Below, one piece after another: positions 1 to 9,828 of a stretch of 64,000 bases of DNA. Under the pieces are notes generated by a model, which made no database searches, was not told the DNA's origin, and saw only the letters and a list, made by a program, of their open reading frames with translations. The stretch's first letter is position 1; the number at the start of each line of letters is the position of its first letter. The translations under genes were made by a program, and so were the position numbers. The DNA is from Anaerohalosphaeraceae bacterium (GTDB lineage Bacteria > Planctomycetota > Phycisphaerae > Sedimentisphaerales > Anaerohalosphaeraceae), in assembly GCA_050309605.1 (NCBI GenBank), contig JBNRMN010000034.1, forward strand, positions 96,001 through 160,000. Direction: 5' to 3'.

Positions 1-617
1 CTGGCCAGCAGTTCGCTTTTGGCCTGATTGGAGCGAGTTGCCTTTTCCGCCAGCAGACGCGCCTGTTCGGTGGCGGCCTTAAGATGACGATTGGTTTGCT
101 CAAGCTGGGATTTGGCTTTGAGCAGATCATCTTCAGCGCGTTTCTTGTCCGTGATGTCTATCGCAAATACCATCACCCCGGTAATGCGTCCGTTTTCATC
201 CCGCAGAGGAATACGATCCACCAGTGCCCAGCGTTTCAAGCCGTTGTAGGCGGTAAATGAACGCAATTGTCCCAGCAGCGGTCGTCCGGTTTCCATGACC
301 TCAAGATCCTGCTGCAAGGCCCGTTCGGCGCCATCGGGAAACAGGTCATAGTAGTTTTTACCCACCAGACTGCGGATGCTCATACCCACCGAGTCGGCGG
401 CACACTGGTTTACCTTTAGAATCCGACCGGAACGATCGCGATACCAGATCATCGCCGGCACCGAATCGAAAATGGCCAGATATTCCCGACGTGTTTTCTT
501 GAGCTTCTGGATAAGCTGCTGTTTGCCTTCAAGCGACTGTTTGAGAGTTTCCTGTGTGTCGCTCAACGCTTGCTGCAATGTCTTGTCCGTCGTTGTTTCA
601 GAGTGTTTCACCCGCAT
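1..617 (-). CDS. PAS-domain sensor histidine kinase, N-terminal part (runs off window)
   Basis: Manual translation from ATG at 617: MRVKHSET...IFDSVPAMIWYRDRSGRILKVNQ...RIPLRDENGRITGVMVFAIDITDKKRAE (PAS/PAC), then coiled coil and SNQAKSELLA (entry to the HisKA H-box); absent from the ORF track because it has no stop in the window. Confidence 0.85.
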   Translation of the reverse strand, partial: MRVKHSETTTDKTLQQALSDTQETLKQSLEGKQQLIQKLKKTRREYLAIFDSVPAMIWYRDRSGRILKVNQCAADSVGMSIRSLVGKNYYDLFPDGAERALQQDLEVMETGRPLLGQLRSFTAYNGLKRWALVDRIPLRDENGRITGVMVFAIDITDKKRAEDDLLKAKSQLEQTNRHLKAATEQARLLAEKATRSNQAKSELLA

Positions 618-924
618 ATTCCCTCAGCATCAATTGTTGCCGGGCCGCACAAGGCGGCGTTTTAATTATTGTCTGTCCTGAACAAGTACAAAAAGGAGCG
701 ATTCAGGGATTGAATCGCCCCATTCTGCATATACATAATCTGTACACTTTTTGAAAGGAGACTGCATTATTCCTAAACAATCAAGCAGGCGGCGCTTTGC
801 GCGGCGCCTTGGTTACATTGTTCTGTGTATATTATCGGGAAGGATCGCGGCGGACATTAGTGGGAATTTTACCCAATTTAGCAGGAAAGATTACCCATCA
901 AGCGGGAATGGCTAACATATCGCC

Positions 925-1572
925 TCAGGGGGTTGTCAAGCCTTCACGCATCGCATATTTTGTTAACCCGGCCACATTACGGATGCCCAGTTTTTCCATA
1001 ATATGCTCGCGATGCGAATCGACGGTTTTGGGGCTGAGATGGAGAATTTTTGCGATTTCTTTGGTCGTATGTCCCTCGGCTACCAATTGAAGGACTTCAC
1101 GCTCACGGCTGCTCAAACCGTCGCTTTCGACCGCTTTTGGATTAGTGAGCATATTAATATAGTCGGAGAAAACGACTTTAGAGATTTGTCGGCATAAAAA
1201 TACTTGTCCCTGGAGCATTGTGACAATGCCTTCTTTCAGTTCGGAAAAGGCCGATTCCTTGAGCATATATCCGCTGGCGCCGGCTTTGATCATTTTGGCT
1301 ACAATCGTGCCGTCGGAGTGGGTGGACAAGGCCATTATTTTGAGAGCGGGCCGCTGCGTCTTCATTTGGCGCGTGGCCTCGATGCCGTTGAGATTCGGCA
1401 TTCCAATGTCCATAATGACCACATCCGGGTCCAGTTGTTCCACAAGCTCAACTGCTGCGCGACCGTTGGCGGCCTGGCCGACGACTTCAATATCTTCACA
1501 TTTACGAAGCAGTGCGCACATCCCTTCACGCATGATTTCGTGATCATCAACCAGTATCACACGTACTGCCAT
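925..1572 (-). CDS. NarL/LuxR-family DNA-binding response regulator
   Basis: REC domain (LVDDH, IMDIGMP, K in YMLKES) plus LuxR HTH LSSREREVLQLVAEG...TVDSHREHIMEKL. Confidence 0.95.
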   Translation of the reverse strand: MAVRVILVDDHEIMREGMCALLRKCEDIEVVGQAANGRAAVELVEQLDPDVVIMDIGMPNLNGIEATRQMKTQRPALKIMALSTHSDGTIVAKMIKAGASGYMLKESAFSELKEGIVTMLQGQVFLCRQISKVVFSDYINMLTNPKAVESDGLSSREREVLQLVAEGHTTKEIAKILHLSPKTVDSHREHIMEKLGIRNVAGLTKYAMREGLTTP

Positions 1573-1872
1573 AGGTCTTCCCTCAAAGAATCGTTTCAGG
1601 ATTCTGTTCGTATTCCAATCTAACGAATCGGCTTGGTGTTTTCAAATCAAATTAAGGATTTGATATAGTAGTTCTATAGATATATGTCATTTCGTGACAA
1701 TTATCCGAGATTTTTCAGATTTTTTCCTGCAACAGCCCTGTTCTTCTTGTGGCAAGAGGAACACAAAAGGGGATAATAACTATGCTGACAAAGCACTATC
1801 CAGTGAATCACAAATCGGATAACACGGCGATCGAATCTTTGCAACATATTCATTAATAAAGACTTATGAGAC

Positions 1873-1947
1873 TCGGAGAGACAGGATTTGAACCTGCGAC
1901 CTCTGCGTCCCGAACGCAGCGCTCTAGCCAAGCTGAGCTACTCTCCG
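1873..1947 (-). tRNA. tRNA-Pro (anticodon CGG)
   Basis: Reverse complement CGGAGAGTAGCTCAGCTTGGCTAGAGCGCTGCGTTCGGGACGCAGAGGTCGCAGGTTCAAATCCTGTCTCTCCGA folds as a cloverleaf; CCA not encoded. Confidence 0.97.
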
Positions 1948-2001
1948 CCAATGAAAAATGAAACTATACATAAAAAAAACAAAAATGCAAGCCGCAACAT
2001 G

Positions 2002-4365
2002 CTACAAAACGTAAATTGGGTCAATATCAGGCTGAATGCGGACGGCCGGACGAATTGGCGGCTGACGGCGCAACTGCTCAAAAAGCCGCTCGAAGGCCGT
2101 CGGCGTGGGAGATTGCAGGATAATCTGCATCCGATGTTGCTGCTGAATCCGTTCGATGGGGGCGGGCATTGGGCCGCGGCGTTTGATTTCAAGTCCAAGG
2201 CTGTCTACAAAATGGTCAATTCGCAGCCGCATTTGCTCTGCTGCGGCGGTGAGGCGGTCGTATTTGGTATCCCGAATCTGAATTATCGCCAATCTCCAGT
2301 ACGGCGGCAGCGAGCAGGTTTGTCTGTGCTTTAATTCTTTTTCTACAAAGGCTTTATAATCGTTTTGCAGAGCCAGTTGAATGGCCGGCTGCTGGGGCAA
2401 AAACGTTTGAACGATAACCGTGCCGGGTTTTTCGCTGCGTCCGGCCCGACCGGCCACCTGACTGATGAGCTGAAACGTACGTTCATTGGCCCGAAAATCC
2501 GGCAGTGAAAGGGCCGTATCGGCACTGATGATGCCGACCAGGGTAACATTGGGGAAATGCAGCCCTTTGGCCAGTATTTGTGTACCCGCCAGAATATCGA
2601 TGCCGCCTTGCGCAAATTCACGTAAAATTTGATAATAATCCTGCCCGGCCATGGCATCGCTGTCGATTCGCCGGATACGGGCGTCAGGGAGTTTGGCGGC
2701 GACTTCTTCTTCCAGTCGCTGCGAACCGAGGCCGATCATAATCATCCGCGTATTGCACAGCGGACAGCTTTGCGGCACAAGCGTCTTGGCCAGACAGTAA
2801 TGGCAAATGGCATAGCCGCCGAGAATGTGTTTGCCCAGACTTGTTTCGCTGAGCTTGTCCAGTTTGGGGCGTTTGTGAAATGTCAGTGTCACATCACAGT
2901 TGCGGCAATGCAGACTGTGCCGGCAGGACGGACAAAACACATAGTTGCTGTACCCGCGTCGATTCAGCAGCAAAATAGCCTGTTCTTTTCGCTCCAGCAC
3001 GCCGCTGAGTCGGTTGACCAGCTCCGGACTGAGCAATTGGACGCCTTTGTGCCCAGCATCGCTGAAGGCCGCGGCCATATTGACCAGACGCATCTCCGGC
3101 ATCGGCAAATCACAGACCCGACGGGGCAGTTCGATGAGCGTGTAATGTTTTTTGGTTCGGCTGTTGTACAGACTTTCCAGCGACGGTGTTGCCGAACCGA
3201 GCACGCAGTGTGCCCCGGCAAGATGTGCCCGCTTGATGGCGACGTCGCGGCCATGATAACGCGGCGCGGTGTCCTGCTTGTAGCTGGGTTCATGTTCTTC
3301 ATCGACCACAACCAATCCCAAGCGCGAGAGCGGGGCAAAAATTGCCGAACGAGCGCCGATGACCACATCGGCCTGCCCGTTGCGGATGGTTTGCCAGTGA
3401 GCGTTACGCTGCGGGGCGGTTTGCTGCGAGTGCAGAATCGCCAGGCGTTCAAAACGGGTATGAAACCGCTGGACGGTCTGCGCGGTCAAGGCAATTTCCG
3501 GCAGCAGGACAATAGCCTGTCTGCCGAGGGCCAGGCACGCTTCAATCGCGCGAATATAGACCTCGGTCTTGCCGCTTCCGGTAACGCCGTGCAGCAAGGT
3601 AACGCCGAAAGCGCCGCTGTTGATTTGGCGGGTGATATGTGCCAGTGCGGTTTGCTGATCGTTGTTGAGGACAACCGGCCCGCTGTCAAGCGACAGGCCG
3701 TTGGGGATCGACGGCAGCGTCTGTAAGACCGCCCGTCGCGTGATGACCGCCAGTCCTTTTCGGACAAGCTGCTTGAGAGGGGCGTCGGTGCAATCGGCCT
3801 CTGCAAGCAGAGTTTCTTTCTCAAGAGCGGTTTCGGGGCTGTCGGCGTTGGCTTGGCGCAGGAGATTGACCAGTGCTTTTTGTTGGGCGCTGGACAACGC
3901 GGCGTTTTCATCGAATGTCCTTGACAATGAGACAAACATGCGTGTCCGAACGCCGGCGTTGTGCTTGACCGCGGCCGGCACCATGGCCGCAAAGACCTGA
4001 CCCAACGGACAGACATAATAGCGGCTGATCCATTGCGCCAATTCAAACAACTCGCCGGCAATCAGCGGCTGATCGTCAATAATACGCTTGATGGATTTAA
4101 GCCGAATGCGGCGCTGGGAGGTCTTTGCGTCCGGCTTGGGCGATGTTTCCACCACGAACGCCTGATGCAGTTTGTTGCTTTTGCCGAAAGGCACCTGCAC
4201 ACGCTGTCCCGATTCGACCTGCCCCAGATGCTCCGGCAGGCGATAATCAAACAGCGCATCGGCCCCCGTCTCCAGGGCGACCCGTACCACCGGCCCGTTG
4301 TCTTGCGGCATCGGCTGCGGTTCATCCATTCCGGCGAATAAATTGTCTTGTGCTTCATTTTTCAC
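2002..4365 (-). CDS. priA: primosomal protein N' (replication restart helicase)
   Basis: GVTGSGKTEVY Walker A, DEEH, LNRRGY, Cys-rich zinc region, GRAGR; start at GTG 4365 is a guess. Confidence 0.95.
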   Translation of the reverse strand: MKNEAQDNLFAGMDEPQPMPQDNGPVVRVALETGADALFDYRLPEHLGQVESGQRVQVPFGKSNKLHQAFVVETSPKPDAKTSQRRIRLKSIKRIIDDQPLIAGELFELAQWISRYYVCPLGQVFAAMVPAAVKHNAGVRTRMFVSLSRTFDENAALSSAQQKALVNLLRQANADSPETALEKETLLAEADCTDAPLKQLVRKGLAVITRRAVLQTLPSIPNGLSLDSGPVVLNNDQQTALAHITRQINSGAFGVTLLHGVTGSGKTEVYIRAIEACLALGRQAIVLLPEIALTAQTVQRFHTRFERLAILHSQQTAPQRNAHWQTIRNGQADVVIGARSAIFAPLSRLGLVVVDEEHEPSYKQDTAPRYHGRDVAIKRAHLAGAHCVLGSATPSLESLYNSRTKKHYTLIELPRRVCDLPMPEMRLVNMAAAFSDAGHKGVQLLSPELVNRLSGVLERKEQAILLLNRRGYSNYVFCPSCRHSLHCRNCDVTLTFHKRPKLDKLSETSLGKHILGGYAICHYCLAKTLVPQSCPLCNTRMIMIGLGSQRLEEEVAAKLPDARIRRIDSDAMAGQDYYQILREFAQGGIDILAGTQILAKGLHFPNVTLVGIISADTALSLPDFRANERTFQLISQVAGRAGRSEKPGTVIVQTFLPQQPAIQLALQNDYKAFVEKELKHRQTCSLPPYWRLAIIQIRDTKYDRLTAAAEQMRLRIDHFVDSLGLEIKRRGPMPAPIERIQQQHRMQIILQSPTPTAFERLFEQLRRQPPIRPAVRIQPDIDPIYVL

Positions 4366-4447
4366 GCGGGCTATTGTACCGCTTGAAACGGTATTCGAGA
4401 AGTGAAAAAGCATGTCGGGTGGCTGGCCTGCTGAAAGGCTGAGGATA

Positions 4448-5131
4448 TTATTCGTCGTGCAAGTCGAATTTGTAGCCGAAATTCCTCACGGTCAGAAGGT
4501 ATTGAGGGTTATGCGGATCCGGTTCGATCTTGTTGCGCAGGGTCGTGATGCAGCGATCCACGCTGCGGGGCGTGACAAAGCAATTATACCCCCACACGTG
4601 GTTAAGCAGGGTGTCCCGCGTCATCGCCCGGCCGGGGTGTTCGGCCAGACAGCACAGCAGGCGGTACTCCTTGGGCGTCAGCTTGACCGGCTCGCCGTCG
4701 CGGCTCAGGGTGCAGGCGGCGGTGTCCAGCGTACAGCGGTCGAAAGTAAAGATGGTTTTTCGACCTTCGCGCTTGCGCCGCAAAAAGGCGTTGGCGCGGG
4801 CCAGCAGTTCCTTGATACTGAACGGCTTAGAGACGTAGTCGTCGGCGCCGAGGTTCAGCCCCAGCACGACGTCGGATTCTTCGCCCTTGGCCGTGAGCAT
4901 GATGATGGGCATATCGAGCTTTTCGGCCCGCACCAGCCGGCAGATCTCATAACCATTGACCTTCGGCAGCATAATATCCAGCACGATAAGGTCAGGCGTC
5001 GCCTCCAGCGCCGCGGCCAGCCCTTTCTCCCCGTCGTCAGCCGTCAGGACGGTAAAACCCCGCTGTTCGAAGTTATCCTTCAACCCCCGCAGCATCGACG
5101 GGTCATCTTCAATGATTAGAATCGTTTCCAT
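4448..5131 (-). CDS. OmpR/PhoB-family response regulator
   Basis: REC (IEDD, LDIMLP, GADDYVSKPF) plus winged helix (LTPKEY...RSVDRCITTLRNKIE...TVRNFGY). Confidence 0.95.
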   Translation of the reverse strand: METILIIEDDPSMLRGLKDNFEQRGFTVLTADDGEKGLAAALEATPDLIVLDIMLPKVNGYEICRLVRAEKLDMPIIMLTAKGEESDVVLGLNLGADDYVSKPFSIKELLARANAFLRRKREGRKTIFTFDRCTLDTAACTLSRDGEPVKLTPKEYRLLCCLAEHPGRAMTRDTLLNHVWGYNCFVTPRSVDRCITTLRNKIEPDPHNPQYLLTVRNFGYKFDLHDE

Positions 5132-5158
5132 TATTCTTTCTCTTCATGTGCTTCAGGG

Positions 5159-7150
5159 TTAAATCGCCGGTACAAACACTGTAAATACGCTTCCTTTGCC
5201 GGGTTTGCTGTCCACCGTGATCGTCGCGTTGTGGGCGTCGAGGATGTATTTGACGATGGACAGGCCCAGGCCGCAGCCCTCGGCCCGGCGGGCCAGGCTG
5301 GTGTCGGCCTGATAGAACTTGTCGAAAATTCGCCTTATCTGCCGCCGGGTCATGCCGATGCCATTATCCGTGACCGAAAAGCACACGCCGCCGTCCTGCT
5401 CAAAGACCCGCAGGGCGATTTCCTTATCGTCGCCGGAGTATTTGCAGGCGTTGTCCAGCAGGTTGACCAGCACCGTGACCATCGCATCCTTATCAACCCT
5501 TACAGACGGCAGGGGGGCGTCGGCCGTTACGGAAAATCGGCACTTTTTTTCCTGAAATTTCGTCTGCACGGCCTCGGCGGCGGCCTGGGCGATGGCGACG
5601 GGGTCAACCGCTTGCATTTCGAAGACCTGTTTGCCGCGTTCCATCCGGGAAAACGTCAGGAAGCTGTCAATCATCCGGCTGAGGCGGTGGTTCTCGCGGC
5701 AGATAAGCTCCAGATATTCGCGGTTCTGTTGTTGGTCGGTGCAGCCGCCGTCCAGCAGGGTATCGACCAGCAGCCGCATCGACGATAGGGGGGTCTTGAG
5801 TTCGTGCGTGACTGTCGCGATGAAATTGTTTTTGAGGGCATTGAGCCGAATCTGCCGCCCGACGGCCCGAATCGCCACGATCCCGGCCAGCAGCATCAAG
5901 GCCGCCACCAGCACCCCCGTCCATGTATAAATCGCGGCCTGACGCTCGGCGGCGGCGAAAAACGGATCGTCGCTGTCAAAATACAACGCCAGCGACCAGC
6001 CGGGCGAAAAATCGTCAAGGGCGATCGTTACGAACGGATCGGCTTGTCCCGGCGGCGTGCCGTAGATCAGCCGTCCTTGGTTGTCAACCATTACCAGCAC
6101 TGTGCCGCGAATCGGAAAATCGGCCAGTACCGGCTCAAACGACGATGCAAAAGTATCCTGTGTTTTTAGAAAGAAAAGCTCATAGTCTTGGGCAGAAACA
6201 CGCAGGCAGTACAACGGCGGTTCTGTCGGTATGGCGTACCACATTCCGGCGACACGTTGTTTGAAGGCCGGCCGGGCGTCGAGAAAGTCAGTTGCCGTCA
6301 TCGCCAGCGACTCGATGCGGATCGTTTTTCTGAGCCATGCGATCGGTGCGCCCAGACTTTTATGGAGGTTGTCATAATCGCTGATGGTTTCGGCGACCGT
6401 GAGTATTTTACCCAGCGCCCAAACTGTCGTTGCGGAAGGATAGCGTTCCGACGCCCTGTACCACGCCTCAAGGTCATCGAGCAGCCCTTTTCCGGGATAG
6501 ATGTTCCAATGTGCCGCCAACACTTCATATTCCATCACTCGCAGCATCGCAATCTGTTCGGGAGACCATTTCTCGCGATGTGTGTACAATACGGTGTTAA
6601 ATAAGGGACTCATCGCATGAATCTGACCCAGTTTTTCCAGGCATCGCAGTTGTCCGGCATAAGCGGCAAACAACTGTTCGGACGGCAGATCGCTTTCGGC
6701 AAGCTGCTGATAGACGGCCAATGCCTCTGTGAAATTCCCCGCCCGCTCGAATGCAAATGCCGATACGAACGGCTCGTAATACGACACAGCCGTTTTTGTT
6801 TCAGGCACAGGAAATACCGCTTGACCGTCCTGATCATAGATGACCACACTGTCGGCATCCTGCCGGATGACTTGTGCCCCGACGATACGCATCGCCTGGA
6901 TATTCCCATGGGTTCCGGCTCGCCGATAGTCCCTTGTGTGAGCAGCGGTGGCCTTGACGAGGTCTTGCTGCAGGTCTTGGACGGCTTCGCTGCAGATATC
7001 CAGCAGTTTTTGCCGCACGGCCAGCCGCTCGTTCCTGACTGCCTGGGTCATAAACCAAAGCAAACACACGGTGGGCAGTATCACCGCCGTCGCCAGCAGC
7101 AGCACGACCGGCCGCAGTGAATCCGAATTGGATTGATGTTTCAAATTCAT
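5159..7150 (-). CDS. membrane sensor histidine kinase
   Basis: Two TM segments around a large extracytoplasmic domain; H-box THELKTPL, N-box NLLDNACKY, DNGIG, GLGLSIV. Confidence 0.95.
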   Translation of the reverse strand: MNLKHQSNSDSLRPVVLLLATAVILPTVCLLWFMTQAVRNERLAVRQKLLDICSEAVQDLQQDLVKATAAHTRDYRRAGTHGNIQAMRIVGAQVIRQDADSVVIYDQDGQAVFPVPETKTAVSYYEPFVSAFAFERAGNFTEALAVYQQLAESDLPSEQLFAAYAGQLRCLEKLGQIHAMSPLFNTVLYTHREKWSPEQIAMLRVMEYEVLAAHWNIYPGKGLLDDLEAWYRASERYPSATTVWALGKILTVAETISDYDNLHKSLGAPIAWLRKTIRIESLAMTATDFLDARPAFKQRVAGMWYAIPTEPPLYCLRVSAQDYELFFLKTQDTFASSFEPVLADFPIRGTVLVMVDNQGRLIYGTPPGQADPFVTIALDDFSPGWSLALYFDSDDPFFAAAERQAAIYTWTGVLVAALMLLAGIVAIRAVGRQIRLNALKNNFIATVTHELKTPLSSMRLLVDTLLDGGCTDQQQNREYLELICRENHRLSRMIDSFLTFSRMERGKQVFEMQAVDPVAIAQAAAEAVQTKFQEKKCRFSVTADAPLPSVRVDKDAMVTVLVNLLDNACKYSGDDKEIALRVFEQDGGVCFSVTDNGIGMTRRQIRRIFDKFYQADTSLARRAEGCGLGLSIVKYILDAHNATITVDSKPGKGSVFTVFVPAI

Positions 7151-7155
7151 TTTTT

Positions 7156-7503
7156 AACTACGAAGAACACGAAGCACACGAAGTTTTTAATTTTCAGTTA
7201 TACTCATCGGCATAGTCCCGAAGGGACGCTATACAAAAGCCGAGCCGCGCAAGCGGCCGGATAGCAATACATATGCGGCCTCGCATTATCGGGCAGCTTG
7301 CGCTGCCGCGCTTTTGTTCTTAATCGGCAATAGAGTCCCGACGGGACGCTATACAATGGCCGGCGGTTTCGCTGCGCTTCACTGCCGGCTATTATAGCAC
7401 GTTCCGCCGTGGCTTGACAGCAGCTATATTGTTTGTCTGACTCTTCGGGCGAACACATAGGTTCGTTCCTACGCGATCGAATCCCCGGCCTTTCAGGCCG
7501 GTG
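7156..7503. repeat. intergenic cluster of REP-like/palindromic short repeats
   Basis: ACGAAG x3 at 9-nt period; GTCCCGA(A/C)GGGACGCTATACAA x2 exactly 120 nt apart; imperfect inverted pair 7236-7260/7290-7315; GTAG-type REP 7447-7472; CCGGCCT-TTC-AGGCCGG hairpin. Confidence 0.65.
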
Positions 7504-7513
7504 AAATTGCATT

Positions 7514-9688
7514 TCATTGTTCCATTTCCGCCAGCGATTTTCTTGCCTTTTCCAGTCCGTCTTTGGCGTCCTGATTGTTCGGCTCGGCCCTGAGCCACAT
7601 TTGGTAATAGCGAATCGCATTTTGATAATCCCGACGCTCCATATAGACCTGCGTCAGGCCGCTCAGCGACGCTGTGGCGCCGGGTTGTGCGGCGACGGCC
7701 TTTTCCCACCAGCCAATCGCCTCGTCTTTGTTATCCTGACCGTGGGCAATCCAACCCAGTCCGTTCAGCGCCGCCGAATTCTTCGGGTTCAGTGAAACAC
7801 ACCTTTCAAATGAAAGTTTGGCGTTGGCGCGTTTGCCCTGATTGAGCTGCGCCCAGCCCAATCCCTGATACGCTCCATCACTGGTCGGATCGGCGGCGGC
7901 CGCTTCTTCAAACATCTTTTCCGCTTCGGCCAGCTTCCGCGCCTGCCATAGCGCCCAGCCTTCGGCGATTAAATCTTCGGCGCGCAGTTTATCCGGTTTA
8001 GACGGTTTTGCGGCAACGCTGTCCAGTTCGGTCAACTTTGTCAGCATCGTGATGGCCGCCTGGGCGTTTTGTTTGACAAGATCCTCTTTATCCTGCAGTG
8101 CCTGTTCCAGTACGGGCAGGGCTTTCGAATCGCCGAGCAGTCCGAGGGCATACGCCGCGCAGCGGCGGGCGTAGGCGTCTTCATCGTGCAGGGTCATCCT
8201 GGCAATCGCGTCATACGCATCGGAAACCTTGCTGCCGCCCAGGGTGATGGCGGCCATGCCGCGGGTGAAATTTTCCGGATGGCCGCACAGTTCCAGAAGG
8301 CCTTGTTCGGCTGCCGAGATGTCCGAAAACTCACCCTTCCAAAGAATGTAAATCGCCGACCGCCGAACGGTTGGCGATGCTTCGTCCAAGTAGGCGCTGA
8401 CCGCTGCGGTTACGGCCTCATCCGGAAGACCCTTAAGCGAGTCGAGCGATGTCTTTACCCTCGGATCGGTCTCGGCACACGTCGAAATCGTCAAAACGGC
8501 TTTTTCTACAACCGCTTTCAGTTTTTCATCACTGTAAAGATAGACCCCGTTTTCATCAATTCCGAAAGACAGTTCCACCGGGCCAAGCACATCGGCAAGC
8601 GCCTGGGCGGCGGGTTTGCCGGCAATGCGCAGCGGTGCGATATACCGGGTTCGCTGCGGATGGGCCAACTGGGCGGATTTGTCCCACTGATACGGCACGC
8701 CGGCCTCCTCGGCAATGGCAATCGCCGCATATTGAACCGTCAGCCGGTCGCCGTCAGGGCTTTGGGCCACATTGACCGTGATGGGTTGTTTGAGTTTCTG
8801 TCGATACGCTTCTGCTGTGTATTCAGGCGATGCAATTTGTATTAGTGCTACTTCTACTTCATCAAACCATACCGTTCCCGGCCCGTACATTTGCAGACCG
8901 ATGACAATGGTCTTTGTTTTTTCCGGGATATCGACCGTGCCCGCATACTTTTTCCAATCGTGGTCGGCAGGAGGGTCGCCCGGGTTTTTCGCTCCGATAT
9001 AGGCTGCCCATTGGTGCTTGATCCATTCGTCGTTATCATCCAGAAACAGCACATCCAAAACAGCCTTATAGGCCTGTTGGGCTCGCACTTTGGCGGAAAA
9101 TTCGATTTGGCCGGTATCGCCGACGTACTCAATCCTTCGCGTCCATTGGGCTATCGGGAAATAGCGTTCCGCCGTTTTCCTGAAGCCAAGGCTGGCTTTT
9201 CCGTCGCTGGCGACATGTTTGTCCCAGATATACTCCACGCCGTCGATGAACGCGCCTTTCTGCCAGCCGTCGGGTGCGCCATTGCCTTTTTCAAAACTGT
9301 CCTGCACGATGATGTGCCGAATCAATTCCGTTGTGTCCGGAGCAATGGCCTCAAGCTCTTTGGCGGCCCGCTCGGCCAGCGTTTTTTGAGAGGGAAACTC
9401 GTTGACGACTTTTTGGTAGTACTCGGCGGCCTTGGCGGTGTCGCCTTTTTTCTGGTAGCAGACGGCCAGTTGGAAGGCGGCGCGAGCCGCCAGCCGCTCG
9501 ACTTGGGCCGCCTCGGTCATCACTTGGCCGTACAGTTCGATGGCTTTGTCGAGATCGCCGGCGGTCTGTTCCTGATACTGGGCCTCCTGCAACAGGGTCA
9601 TCAGTTCTCTGGTCGGCCGGGGTGATTGAGCTAAACAGACCGCTGAAACAATCAGCAGCCCCACGATGAGCTGTTTTGTCTTTTCCAC
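7514..9688 (-). CDS. exported TPR / CBM-like / HEAT-repeat protein
   Basis: GTG start after AAAGGAG; signal peptide; N-terminal TPR; beta-sandwich ending GPGTVWFDEV (CBM4/9-like); HEAT repeats (RRCAAYALGLLGD); C-terminal TPRs. Confidence 0.8.
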   Translation of the reverse strand: MEKTKQLIVGLLIVSAVCLAQSPRPTRELMTLLQEAQYQEQTAGDLDKAIELYGQVMTEAAQVERLAARAAFQLAVCYQKKGDTAKAAEYYQKVVNEFPSQKTLAERAAKELEAIAPDTTELIRHIIVQDSFEKGNGAPDGWQKGAFIDGVEYIWDKHVASDGKASLGFRKTAERYFPIAQWTRRIEYVGDTGQIEFSAKVRAQQAYKAVLDVLFLDDNDEWIKHQWAAYIGAKNPGDPPADHDWKKYAGTVDIPEKTKTIVIGLQMYGPGTVWFDEVEVALIQIASPEYTAEAYRQKLKQPITVNVAQSPDGDRLTVQYAAIAIAEEAGVPYQWDKSAQLAHPQRTRYIAPLRIAGKPAAQALADVLGPVELSFGIDENGVYLYSDEKLKAVVEKAVLTISTCAETDPRVKTSLDSLKGLPDEAVTAAVSAYLDEASPTVRRSAIYILWKGEFSDISAAEQGLLELCGHPENFTRGMAAITLGGSKVSDAYDAIARMTLHDEDAYARRCAAYALGLLGDSKALPVLEQALQDKEDLVKQNAQAAITMLTKLTELDSVAAKPSKPDKLRAEDLIAEGWALWQARKLAEAEKMFEEAAAADPTSDGAYQGLGWAQLNQGKRANAKLSFERCVSLNPKNSAALNGLGWIAHGQDNKDEAIGWWEKAVAAQPGATASLSGLTQVYMERRDYQNAIRYYQMWLRAEPNNQDAKDGLEKARKSLAEMEQ

Positions 9689-9756
9689 GATACGTCTCCT
9701 TTCGCACACTTAAGTAACAAAAACGGTTGATACTGAACAGCAAAATACCGCCTGTT

Positions 9757-9774
9757 TGTTACCGTTGTGTTACC
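9757..9774 (-). promoter_or_regulatory. putative OmpR-family tandem binding site (GGTAACA-N4-GGTAACA)
   Basis: Perfect 7-mer direct repeat with 11-bp period, about 70 bp upstream of the TPR-HK-RR gene set. Confidence 0.55.
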
Positions 9775-9828
9775 AATTTGTCCTTTTTTGTGGAAATTTT
9801 CTTTTTTTATTCCGGCCCGGCAGCGAAT

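Noticed and set aside
1573..1872. Integrative element at the tRNA-Pro 3' end
   Set aside because: AT-rich flank, but no integrase and no duplicated tRNA end in the window
7205..7360. CRISPR array from the duplicated GTCCCG..GGGAC hairpin
   Set aside because: Only two copies, about 97-nt structured spacer, no cas genes
7204..7709. ORFs 7204-7620 and 7392-7709
   Set aside because: Translations of repeat DNA (LYSVPSGL appears twice) overlapping the TPR gene end
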